In this document: positions 1-10,399 of the stretch, one piece after another | Numbering within the stretch: position 1 is the stretch's first letter | How the letters are laid out: each line of letters begins with the position of its first letter | Source: Octopus bimaculoides | Taxonomy: Eukaryota | Length of the DNA stretch: 34,003 bases | Assembly (NCBI RefSeq): GCF_001194135.2 | Contig: NC_068990.1 | Coordinates: 60,131,225-60,165,227 of the forward strand | Reading direction: 5' to 3' | The notes under the pieces: model-generated | Told to the model about the DNA's origin: nothing | What the model saw: the letters and a program-made list of their open reading frames with translations, nothing else | Databases searched by the model: none | Made by a program: the position numbers and the translations under genes

Positions 1-365
1 TCTACCCGGAATTCATTGCTGTACTCATTTCCAACCCTCACCTTACTGGCAGCATCTCTGTACATGGCTCGCACAGCTCTCACTAACCATTCTTCTATCC
101 CAAGTTTCCTCATTGACCACCAGATAAGGGATCGGGGGACCCTGTCAAAGGCTTTCTCCATGTCAACGAAAGCCAGGTACAGAGGTTTATCCTTAGCTAG
201 GTATTTCTCCTGCAACTGTCTCACTAGAAATAAGGCATCAGTAGTGCTTTTACCTGGCACGAACCCAAACTGCATCTCATCTAAATTGATTCGCTCCCTA
301 ATTAGTTGGGCTATGACCCTCTCTGTAACTTTTATAACCTGATCTAACAGCTTGATGCTTCTGTA
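1..365 (-). mobile_element. RTE-clade LINE reverse transcriptase fragment, 5'-truncated, running off the left edge
   Basis: My translation from 365 is stop-free for 121 codons: YRSIKLLDQVIKVTERVIAQLIRERINLDEMQFGFVPGKSTTDALFLVRQLQEKYLAKDKPLYLAFVDMEKAFDRVPRSLIWWSMRKLG... It contains the non-LTR RT motifs YRxIxLL, QFGF, STTDA and FVDxEKAFD. Confidence 0.92.
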
Positions 366-522
366 CAAGAAATTGCACCTACTGAAAATACAGGTAATTG
401 TTTTGCGAATTACAATTAAAAATTGATGTAATTTTTTACTTAAATCATTGTGAATAATTAAAGGAAAAATATAATTTCATTCAATTATTTTCCTTCCACT
501 TTCCATTTTTGTTTTGATTATG

Positions 523-601
523 TCTGGTTTTTAAACTAGTCCACCTTTAGCCTATGATGTTTTAGGTAAGTCTAGTTTTTAAACTGGTTTACCTTTAACC
601 T
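523..601. repeat. Short degenerate direct duplication, 48-bp period
   Basis: tctggtttttaaactagtccacctttagcct at 523 versus tctagtttttaaactggtttacctttaacct at 571. Confidence 0.6.
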
Positions 602-1219
602 GTAGTTTGGTTAGGCTGGGAACTGTATTATTTGGTCAGGTTGTGTGCAGCTTCCATATAAAACCAGTGAATGATAATTAGTTTCCAATGCATCACATTT
701 ATTTACATAATGACATAACCAAGGTTACTTGCCAAAACATCCATTTTTTTTGTGCTAGCATGGGTTGTATTTATGTATGTATATTTTACTAGAGGTGAGA
801 ATGTATGCTAGCAAGAAGTGAGATCATTATACCTTCAGGTTAGGATGTGATGTAAGAATGTTCAGTGCTCATGGTTGACAAATTGATTCTTTTTAACCTG
901 AGGTTGGGAAGCATGGCTGACCAAGAATCTTCTCTGTTTGTCTGTCTTTTCTGAAATCTGTGCCTTCTCTCAAACCTCGGTTTTGCTTATCTTATGTGTC
1001 TACATTTATGACTATATTTTGGCCAAAAAACTGTATGGAAATTCCCAGTCAAATCATGTGATTATATGAATACACCTGGAATAGGATTGGCCAAAATGCA
1101 AACCAAAATTATTTGATATGTAGTGGCCTTTTTATTGTTTGTGAAATATCGGGGGTTTGAATGCCAAGAACTGCTGCAAACCTATATTATGTAAAGTGAA
1201 GTAGAAGAATCTTTAAAGT

Positions 1220-1314
1220 ATTGGATAAAATACCTTGCAGTATTTGTTCTAACTCCTTGTACACTGAGTTCAAACCTTGCCAAGATCAAGTTTACCCTTC
1301 ACTCTTTCAGGATC
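1220..1314 (+). mobile_element. Degraded SINE (family F), left part, interrupted by the RTE insertion; probable continuation at 2516-2560
   Basis: ctgagttcaaaccttgccaagatcaagtttacccttcactctttcaggatc matches ...ttcaaattcagcagaggtcaactttcccttttatcctt (13780s) and gactttgcctttcaccctttc (28250s). Confidence 0.5.
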
Positions 1315-2515
1315 ATCATCATCATCATCATCATCATCGTTTAACGTCCGTTTTCCATGCTAGCATGGGTTGGACAGTTCGACTGGGATCTGGGAAGTCA
1401 GGAGGCTGCACCAGGCTCCAGTCTGATCTAGCAGTGTTTCTACAGCTGGATACCCTTCCTAACACCAACCACTCCGTGAGTGAAGTGGGTGCTTTTTACA
1501 TGCCACCAGCACAGGGGCCAGAGGAGGCTGGCAACTGCCACTATCAGTTGGTGCTTTTTACGTGCCACCAGCACAGAAGCCAGTCAAGGCGGCGCTGGCA
1601 TCGGCCATGTTCGGATGGTGCTTCTTACATGCTACCGGCATGGGTATCACAACTACAATTTCCATTTGATTTTCATTTTGATGTTGATGTACTTGACTCA
1701 ATAGGTCTCCTCAAGTACAGCATATCACCCTACGATCGAAGGTACTTTTGAGTGGGCTGGTTATGCAAAACTGGTGAAGGATACAACTGTGAACTCATTT
1801 TATTTGTCAGGCCTTCGCAGTCACAGCATATCTCCAGAGGTCTTGGTCTTTTATCATTGCCTCTGTGAGGCCCAACATTCGAAGGTCATGCTTCACCACC
1901 TCATCCCCTATCTTCCTAGGTCTACCTCTACCCTGGCTTACTTCAACTGTTTGGGAGTGACACTTTTTCACACAGTTCTCCTCATCCATCCATAGTACAT
2001 GACCATACCAGCGCAAACGTCTCTCTTACATGCCACATCCAATGCTTCGTATGTCCAGCATTGCTCTCAGAGTGCTTACACTCTGTCGTGTGTGCACACT
2101 GACATTATACATCCAGCAGATCATGTTAGCTTCATTTCTTTTGAGCCTCCACAGTCACAGCTCATGTTTCCCTGCTGTGAAGCATGGCAGTTCACACACA
2201 TGCATTGTACAATCTACCTTTCACTCTGAGCGAGAGGCTCTTTGTCACCAGTAGGGGTAGAAGCTTTCTAAGCTTTGCCCAGGCTATTCTTATTCTAGTG
2301 GTAACACTCTCTGAGCATCCGCCCCCACTACAGACTTGGTCACCTAGGTAGCGGAAGCTATCAACTACTTCTAGTTTCTCCCCCTGGCATGTGATGGAAT
2401 CTGTTTTCTGAGCATCTGTGGTGTTTATTGCCCCTGTGCATCTGCCACACATGAAAGCTATCTTCCCGGTTAATCTTCCTTTGATGTTGCTACACCTCTT
2501 ATGTGTCCATAGCTT
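1315..2515 (-). mobile_element. RTE-clade LINE 3' portion: ORF2 C-terminus (frameshifted, with stops), 3' UTR and (GAT)n tail
   Basis: Motifs LEVVDSFRYLGD...SVTTRIRIAWAK...LRVKGRLYNAC and LRWYGHV...RGRPRK...DL...LT...W are typical of the RTE ORF2 end. The 3' UTR ends ...catgctagcatggaaaacggacgttaaacgatgatgat. Confidence 0.9.
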
Positions 2516-2814
2516 GATCCATAAATAAATACAAGCTGAGGGTTATGGACTAGCCGAAAGGTTTGAATATTGAATGAATGCCTTGTGGTATTTATTCTGA
2601 TTTTATATGTTTTAAGTCTCTTCAAAGTAAACTAATGGAAAAAGGTAGTAGACTCAAAAAGGACAATTTAAGGGTACAAAGGGATCATTTGATAATGATG
2701 ACAATGAAAATGTTGATGACAAGGATGGCTCCTTTTGTTAAGTTGCCAATTTAACACTTATCCTTCTTTACATCTACTCTGGCTATTATTTTTTTTATTT
2801 TGTTTATGGTTTAG

Positions 2815-2865
2815 ACAAAAAGAAGGAACTATGGACTGGTGAAGTTGATACTAGTTTACTCTTAG
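2815..2865 (+). CDS. Candidate 51-nt symmetric (phase 1-1) internal exon of an unidentified host gene
   Basis: A long T-rich tract and tttag acceptor precede it; the donor is G|gtcaga. Reads xKKKELWTGEVDTSLLL(G). No homology recognised. Confidence 0.3.
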   Translation, partial: TKRRNYGLVKLILVYS

Positions 2866-3514
2866 GTCAGAATTATGACACATAAGACATTCCAACCATA
2901 ACCATTCTGCATTTGTTTTTTTAGTTCAGAGGTTATATTGCCCGATATGTATTTCTTTTTCTCTCAAGAGAGTTTGATTTAAGGGAAACTTGGCTTTGGT
3001 TTCTAACAAATTCAGCAAACCCATAGAGATTCCCTCACTAGCTTGATAGAGAATATTGTAAAATCATTGTCTAACATAAACCAGGAACTTAGTAGAGTGG
3101 AGTGTTGTGATGTTCTATATTATCCAGAGTGAAATCAATCCATTAGTTCTTTGCATTAAATCGATATTGTTTATGTAAAGTGTTAAATAGTTAATTCTTG
3201 TAGAATGATGATAATTCATGCTACTATCTCCAGGTAGAAATTAACAGACTCAACATCTATGATTTTCTATTTAAAAAAAAAAACACATTCGCACACAGTA
3301 AAAAAAACTGCATATTAAAATGGTTTAAAGAAAAATATCAGACAAGAATAAAATTATTTTTTTGTACTGAAATTTCTGCTTAATAGCAGAAAGCTAATTT
3401 TGTCACCATAGCAACTAATTAGGATTACTCTTGTCCTACTTTTAAGCAAGAGAATAAAATACTTGTTCAAGATTTAGAAAAAAATTATCTTCTACTTTTA
3501 ATTCATCGATTTAG

Positions 3515-3576
3515 GTAATTATTCTGAAGAGTGTGTAATGGTTACAGAAGAGTCCCATTTAGTGAAGAAGGAATGA
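3515..3576 (+). CDS. Candidate terminal coding exon, phase-compatible with 2815-2865
   Basis: Acceptor ttctacttttaattcatcgatttag|GT. Reads (G)NYSEECVMVTEESHLVKKE*. It is followed by repeat-free, AT-rich UTR-like sequence containing AATAAA hexamers. Confidence 0.25.
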
Positions 3577-4596
3577 AACTGCTTCAAGTCTTATCAGTAC
3601 ATTTGCAACAAATGTCACTTAAACACATATATACACACAAAGTTGCATTAAAAATATCGGAGGAAGACTTAGCTGCTATACTTTTAGTGCGGTTAACTAC
3701 ATTGCTGTTCTAAGCATGCTCTGAACATACATTATTTTTTATAGCTACATAACTAACTTGTATTTTACTTTATGAGAGTTTTCTTTGTCAAATGCCATTC
3801 TTTAAGAGTATTATTTTGGATTTAACATATAAGCTTACCTAAGCTATTTTCCACAAAACAAACAAGGACTGCTTTCCAAATAATTATTCTTTTAAGGAAT
3901 TAAAGTTTTTAAGGAATAATTTTGAATATTGGAAAAAAAAATTTTCTTATTTTGTGTATTTAGCATTCTGTTGGGTTCCATAAATGATATTTTTTCTTTT
4001 TCTTAGCTTAAATGTTTGAAATTTTATTCAAAGGAATTTAAGATTTAAGATTTTAAAACATTCAGTGGCAAGTTTGATATTATGTTAATAACTTGGAGGA
4101 AGATTTATTTAAAATTTTTACTCTCCTCTCTTTTTCTAAATCATATTTCCTCAATTTTTTTTACTGAAGAATAAACCATAAAAGCGAATGTCAACAGACA
4201 GCTTCAATAGAATAAGATAAAAAGTCGAAAAGTTGATATGAACATCTTTGTATTCATATTTTTGTAAAAGCATTTGAACTGATAAAAAAAAAAGTATGTA
4301 TTTCTTGTACAAAGAAGTGATATTAAATTCTAATGAAAACTAATTTGATAATATGACTAAAGAATAATGGAATAAAGTTTGACAGTTATGAACATTTAGC
4401 TTTATTAAAGGTTATCTCAATAATACTAAAAAAACTGTATTCTATTGATGTAGATTCTGGCATAGGCTGACTAAGGTGAATAATAGAAAAGATGAACAAA
4501 ACCAGATTATCTATGGTATGAAATATACTCACTATGAAATATGTTGAGGAGTATGATATCACCAATCAGAGACTTAGTCTGTAAACAGAGCATTAA

Positions 4597-7100
4597 CCCT
4601 CCGAACCCTGATCTCCTAATAGATGTGCGTTTCCCAACCTTGAGCCTCTACAAGAAAATCATGGGGAAAATATTAATTTACACATGAAAAACAAAAACAT
4701 AAATATAATTAACTTTGTCTTTGTAATTAGACATTTCTTACTTTATTTTCTTTGTCTTCTTTCTTCAGTAGACCAAAAATGGATTACCTTCAGTAATCCA
4801 GTTTTGGTGTGCCAAATTTTCCTGCTGTTATTAACTCTAGTGCCAATACAGAAGTATTTCTCAAAGTGGAGACACCAACACACATATTCTTTTTTTCTTA
4901 GAAAGTTTCTTGTATCGTGCATCTGGATTTCTGATCAATGTGCTCTTATGTATTTCTAAATAGACAATATCAAAGTTGTTTGTGATGGTATGATTGGCCC
5001 TTTTAAATGACTTGGTCCTATATCCTTGAGTGGGGAGGTGCGTGGCTCAGTGGTTAGGATGCTGGACTCATGATCATAAGATTCTGGTTTTGATTCCTGG
5101 ACTGGGTTGTGCTCTTGAGCAAAACACTTCATTTCACATTGCTCCAGTCCACTCAGCTGGCAAGACTGAGTAATCCTACGATGGACCGGTGTTCCATCCT
5201 GGCTGGGAATTTATATGCCATGGAAACCAGGAAACTGGCCCTTATGAGTCAGCATGACTTGTGAAAGAAACTTTGCCTTTACTGTTTTACATCCTTGAGT
5301 TGAGTGTTGATATTAACAGACGCAGGTGGTATCAGCTGCTGATGGGGCCTGAAGTCCCCAGCAAGATTCTTACACATGCTTGTAATGTACTTCAGAAATG
5401 TGTCTTCCAGTCATCTTCAGTATAGGATTGGTAGCTACCAAGAACATATAAACTGTACATTTGTATGTAGACCTCATAAAACCTTTGCCAGCAATCTGCA
5501 AGGTAACTTGTATTCTTGTACAATCAACTCGCCATCCTTGTCTGTTCCCCATCCCTGTTTATTTATTGTATGCAGCAACTGTTTTGGAACAAAGGAAATG
5601 GCTCTCTACTATGCTCCTTGCTTTCTGTTGCAGTACTCTGGAGAACAGATGATCAAAGAGGTGATGAAATATATCTACCAGCTGTGTCTCCACAATAGGT
5701 AGACAATATTATATCCTTGAAAAAATAAATTTTGATCATTTGAATAGAGTCAACATAACCAATGCTGCAGTACCTGGCCAAATATCAAGTCAGTTCATTA
5801 CCAGAATAACATTTGTCACAGGGGACATTCAGTAATAATGGTCTATTTGAATCATTATTTGAGTAGAAGGACATAAGTATTCTCAGTCACTCCAAGATTA
5901 TTGATTTCATTTGTATTAGATCCTCAGCCTGAATATATGTCAGTAATACATATTTATCAATTCTCATTTTCACAAGCAAGGTTTTATGCTCAGCTCTTTA
6001 TATTCTGAATTCAAATGCTACCGAGGTTGACTTTACCTTGTGAAGGCATGTGGTCAACTGGTAAAAATGACTTGTACCTGTATTTCAAAGGGCCAATCTT
6101 GTCACATTCTGTGTCATGCTGCATCTCATTGAGAACTACATTAAGAGTATGCATGTCTATCGTGTGCTCAGCCACTTGCACAGCAATTTTATGTACAGAT
6201 TGTTCCATTGATTGGATCAACTGGAACCTTGTTGTTGCAACCAACAGAATGCCAGTTTTTTTTATTGTCAGAAGATTCTTCATGGAAATCATCTCTTCAT
6301 TATGTGACATATTCTGTTCTGGTGTGTATCAATATTTAAATTCTTCCAAGATGTTGTTCAGCACAAGCCTAAATCTATCAACAACTAGAGTTGTCTTCAT
6401 TCACATAATGCAAAAATTCTAAATGATCATGAATTGATTTTGGTCAAATATTCTATTAAAGCCAGGTGACAGAGTGAAAAAATTTACCCTTCTGTTACTA
6501 AAACAGCTCATATGTTAGCATTTCTATAGCAATTCTGCAGCCAAAAATATTTTCATCTCCTATCCCCAGTTGTTACTGTGTAAAAGTTCTTTGCATAATC
6601 GTTATTGATCTTAGCTACTCTGACACATGCAGCTTGGTTGTTGGTTTCATTGACTAACACCTGTCATAGTTCATCTGTCTGGAGTAACAGAAGTCAACAC
6701 CACAGGATTATCTGATCGTCCAGTAATGTTATCTAAGATATTTCTAAGCCTTGGATCTTCTGTAGGGTTGAAACTAGCATAAAAAAAAAAATAGACATAA
6801 TTTTTACCAATCTGAAAACATGAAGAGCACTGTAACATCCTCTACAACTGCTACATATTTCCTTCTTCTGCCACTTCTAAATGGCCCCCTTATCTGCCCT
6901 TCTCCTATAAGCTGTACATTTTGTGCAGGAACACTGTTTAACTGGTTGTCCCCATCTACTGAGCCATATCTACTTTTAAAATCATTTGCATGGCCATAAT
7001 CAGAATTGTTCAGATTCACTTTGTCATAAAATTAAAATCTCTCAGCTGCTTAACTTCTACCCAAATCTCACACAAACTTGGTAAAAACCATGGCAATATC
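4597..7100 (-). pseudogene. Highly degraded piggyBac-family transposase / element remnant
   Basis: Minus-strand fragments occur in the correct piggyBac order: LVNETNNQAA (~6650), EMKIFLAA (~6550), FLHYVNED (~6405), YTPEQNMSHNEEMISMK (~6300; first Asp site decayed), CDKCYSGNEL (~5810), YNK..G.DK..(W)QRFYEVYIQMYSLY (5575-5450), LKDIGPSHL, and the Cys-rich end WCLHFEKYFCIG...WHTK (4880-4790). TTAA-CCC at 4593-4599 is a plausible terminus. The other terminus was not found. Confidence 0.75.
5032..5290 (+). mobile_element. tRNA-derived SINE (family B) with 10-bp TSD, inserted in the piggyBac remnant
   Basis: Pol III A-box tggctcagtgg and B-box-like gttttgattcc. Flanked by ATCCTTGAGT at 5022-5031 and 5291-5300. 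Paralogous to 10536-10791 and 32219-32482. Confidence 0.9.
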
Positions 7101-7397
7101 TTTTTGAAGAATTCAGGCTGAAGCAAAACTGAAAAACAATCCCTGATTGGCACAGAAATGCATGTAATATTAGTGAACAGAAGTACATGGCAGACCAGAA
7201 CAGCAAATAGGTAGAACATAATCAAATATCTTTAGGACCAGAATCCTTGGCTGGCAACTTCATTGCCTTAATGATTAGATAAAAAGAACAATACATTAAA
7301 ATGTATGAATTAGTAAAGTTGGTAATTATCTAAACAAAATTATTTCCCAACACTGAATATTATGCATTCTAATGCATTTACTTGTTGATTCTTTCAG

Positions 7398-7432
7398 CAT
7401 GAGTTTGGTAAGAACTTTCTTTCCCTGATGAG
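7398..7432 (+). CDS. Candidate 35-nt exon (HEFGKNFLSLM R/S)
   Basis: Acceptor ttgattctttcag| and strong donor GAG|gtgagt. Only one frame is open. No homology recognised. Confidence 0.2.
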
Positions 7433-7964
7433 GTGAGTATAAGATTAAAACACCAATAGAGTTGTCTTCTGCACTTGCCAGAAAATGGAAAAACAATATT
7501 AGTTTTTGACTATATTGTTTCCCTGTCCCATACGTAATTATTTCTAGTTAGCTTTTTGATGTTTCCAGCATAGAATATACTAACACTAACTTAACTATTG
7601 TTTTTCAAGCAGGGGCTGTATTAAGAAATGAAGTAGATTTACAGGAGAATTAATAGAGAAAGTGGACTTTAATTGTGGAAGATTCATACACAAGAAATAG
7701 ATTTCCTTAAAGGTCCAGGAGGATCTTTGGAGGTAGTCAATAGCTTTCTGTTACCTTTGTAACCTAACTAGCAGTGGAACATGTTCTGAAAATATAGTTG
7801 CGAAAATAAGAAATGGCTAGAGAAAGTTCAGAGATCTATTATCTCTGTTGGTAACAAAAGACCTCCCTCTCTGAATGAAAAGCAGATTTTACAATGCTTG
7901 TGTATGAACAGCAATGCTACATAATAGTAAAATGTACACTGTGAATGAAGAAAGCATTTAAACA

Positions 7965-8190
7965 CTTAAAAGAAATGAAACTAACATGCTCTGTTGGACA
8001 TGTAATAACAATGTGCATGTATGACAAAGTACAGCAATAGAGAGAGAAAAATTGGGTGCAAGAGGCACTGGATGTAGTGTGCAAGAGAGAAGATAGTATT
8101 GGTATGGACGTGTGTTGTGTATGGATAAGGACAGTTGCATAAAGTAGTGTTGAGTGGGGGTGCTATGTTGAGAGAAATGGCTTTGAGTCA
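7965..8190 (+). mobile_element. Old RTE ORF2 C-terminal fragment
   Basis: Aligns to the reverse complement of ~1960-2150 (aaaagaaatgaaactaacatgctctgttgga...tggtatggacgtgtgttgtgtatggat). Reads KRNETNMLCW...WYGRVLCMD. Confidence 0.75.
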
Positions 8191-8246
8191 GGTGTTGAGT
8201 GGTTAAGGTATGATACAGGAACAGGTGTCTTGCTGATGTAGAGATA

Positions 8247-9152
8247 CGAAGTAGTATCAAAAAGTTTCTGGACTAGTTCTGTAGTGCAGCAGTAGATGGC
8301 AGCACACAGTTGCGTGCACAGTAAGAGCTAGCATTGGCCCTCACGAGACAGTGTGCTGAGTGACATTGTTGTGCTTACTTTGCAAGTTATGAAATTTGTG
8401 TTTTTGTGATCACAAGTATGCTGTAGGCTGCAATTTTTCTCATGAACAGGAAGTTGAAACAAAGAGCCAATGTGAAATTTTGCATTAAACTTGGAAAGTC
8501 AGCTACAGAAACATTGAGCATGCTTCGACAAGCTTACAGTGATAAGGCAACGGGTCATATACAATGTTTTGAGTGGATCAGGCACTTCAAAAGTGGAAGA
8601 ACATCCCTGGAAGACGATGAGTGATCTGGAACACCTGCCATGAGTGTTTCCCTGGAAATGTGAAGAAAATTCATCAGCTTGTGCATGAGGATCGTCAGAG
8701 AACAATCAATGATTTTGCGAAGTGTTTGAGGGAGGATATTCAATGAAAGCAACTGGATCTGTGGAGCATGAAGAATTAGATTCTTCACAATGACAATGCA
8801 CCCTGTTACAAAGCTCACCTCACTCATGAGTTTCTCACCAAAAACAAGAAGGTATTGCTTCTGCACCTGCCCTATTTGCCAGATTTAGCACCTGCAGACT
8901 TCCATCTCTTCCCCAAGATGAAAATGCAGCCATTTTAACACTGTTGTTGGGATCCAGAGTGAATTGCAGAGGGTCCTTGACTTGCACATGGAAAACAACT
9001 TCCAGGCTGCATTCCAAAAGAAGCAGGAATACTGGGACCAGTGTATTGCTGCACATGGTGATTATTTCAAAAGAGATGATGTTAAAACTTAGGTAAATAA
9101 ATTATTTCATATTAAACATAACTAGTCCGGGAACTTTTTGATACTACCTTCA
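8247..9152 (+). mobile_element. Internally deleted mariner (DD34D-type) element, 906 bp, with both TIRs and TA TSD
   Basis: TA|cgaagtagtatcaaaaagtttctggactagtt ... aactagtccgggaactttttgatactaccttca|TA. N-terminal HTH reads MNRKLKQRANVKFCIKLGKSATETLSML..EW...FKSGRTSLEDDE; the C-terminal part reads HNDNAP...HLPYLPDLAPADFHLFPKMK. Confidence 0.93.
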
Positions 9153-9270
9153 TAAATGACTATTCCTGTCAAACCTTCCTTGTAACTCATTTTCCTAACA
9201 CTCAACCCTCCATCACACTTCTATCTATGGCACTATTTACTCAGCTGCAGTAATTACATAAGAGCAGAAC

Positions 9271-9486
9271 TTTTTTTATTCTTTTTACTTATTTTAGTCA
9301 TTAGATTGTGGTCATGCTGGGCACTGCCTTGAAGAATTTTTAGTTGAATGAATCGACCCCCAGTACTTAAAATTTTTTTTTTTTCTCAGCCTGGTACTTT
9401 CTATATCAGTCTCTTTTGCTAAACCACTAAACTATGGAGACATAAACACATCAATACCGATTGTGAAGTAGTCGTGGGGGACAAAT

Positions 9487-9581
<95 letters not shown>

Positions 9582-9715
9582 CAACAGATTTCTTCCAGTT
9601 TCCACTTGCAAGGCTATGGTCAGCCCAAGGCTATAGTATAAGACACTTGGCCAACGGGCCATGCAGTGAGACTGAACCCAGAACCATGTGGATGGGAAGC
9701 AAACTTCTTAACACT
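9271..9715 (-). mobile_element. Bipartite SINE (family C head + internal microsatellite + family D tail)
   Basis: Collinear with the well-preserved copy at 27750-28161. The internal repeat is (CA)n. Confidence 0.85.
9488..9573. repeat. Perfect (CA)n microsatellite, about 43 units
   Basis: Read directly. Confidence 0.97.
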
Positions 9716-10390
9716 CCCCACTTTTGTGCTACTCATTATCCCTCTCCTTGAAATCACTCCCTTAGTTACACATCCTGCATTCTCAATACCATCCCCAGAA
9801 CACCCTCTCATATCTACCATTAACAATCGTTCAACCTTTGATCCTCACTCACTATACCCATCTTGATGTACCTCTGACATCCATCTCTAGCCTTGCACAT
9901 CTCTCCCTAATTCTCTCATCCATCTACCGTATCGTTACTCCCCACTCCACCGTTTTCTACTCTTACTTATCATCTCCTCCTCCTCCCTGACCCACTCTCA
10001 TTTTCCTTTACCCCTACCCCCTCCCCAACTGATATTTACCATTGACCACACCTCCACCTGTATTCACCATACACTGCATTCACCTTTACCTCGTCTCTTG
10101 CCATCTGTCACTCTCCTGTCACACACTCTCAAACTTACCCTCCCACCTTTCCCTATTCTCTCTTATATCATGAGGGTACACCCTACTATCATCACTCTAG
10201 CATTCTTTCTCTCTTTCCTACTGGGATGGACTCTAAGCAAGACACCAGTTCCTCTACCATACTTTACCCTGTCAACACCTATCACAAAGCCACCTCCCTC
10301 TATACTACACCTCAACTCAGTTGAGGGGACTCGTTTTGTGAGCTATTTATCAACTTCACTAGCGTTGGTATCATGAAAAAAAGAACCAAG
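9716..10390 (+). mobile_element. Pyrimidine-rich degenerate repeat, possibly a Penelope-like 3' region
   Basis: Shares caccctctc(a/t)tatcta(c/t)ca and strand composition with the reverse complement of 24700-25420. The family assignment is tentative. Confidence 0.35.
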
Positions 10391-10399
10391 TACACCTTG

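Noticed and set aside
16-342. 108-aa + strand ORF
   Set aside because: It is the antisense shadow of the RT frame on the minus strand.
1221-2254. + strand ORFs including the 176-aa ORF with a poly-His run
   Set aside because: Antisense to the RTE 3' UTR and ORF2; the His run is the (CAT)n tail.
5032-5110. tRNA-like heads (also 13968, 15421, 32219, 33377) as tRNA genes
   Set aside because: They have A/B boxes but no complete cloverleaf, and each continues into a SINE body.
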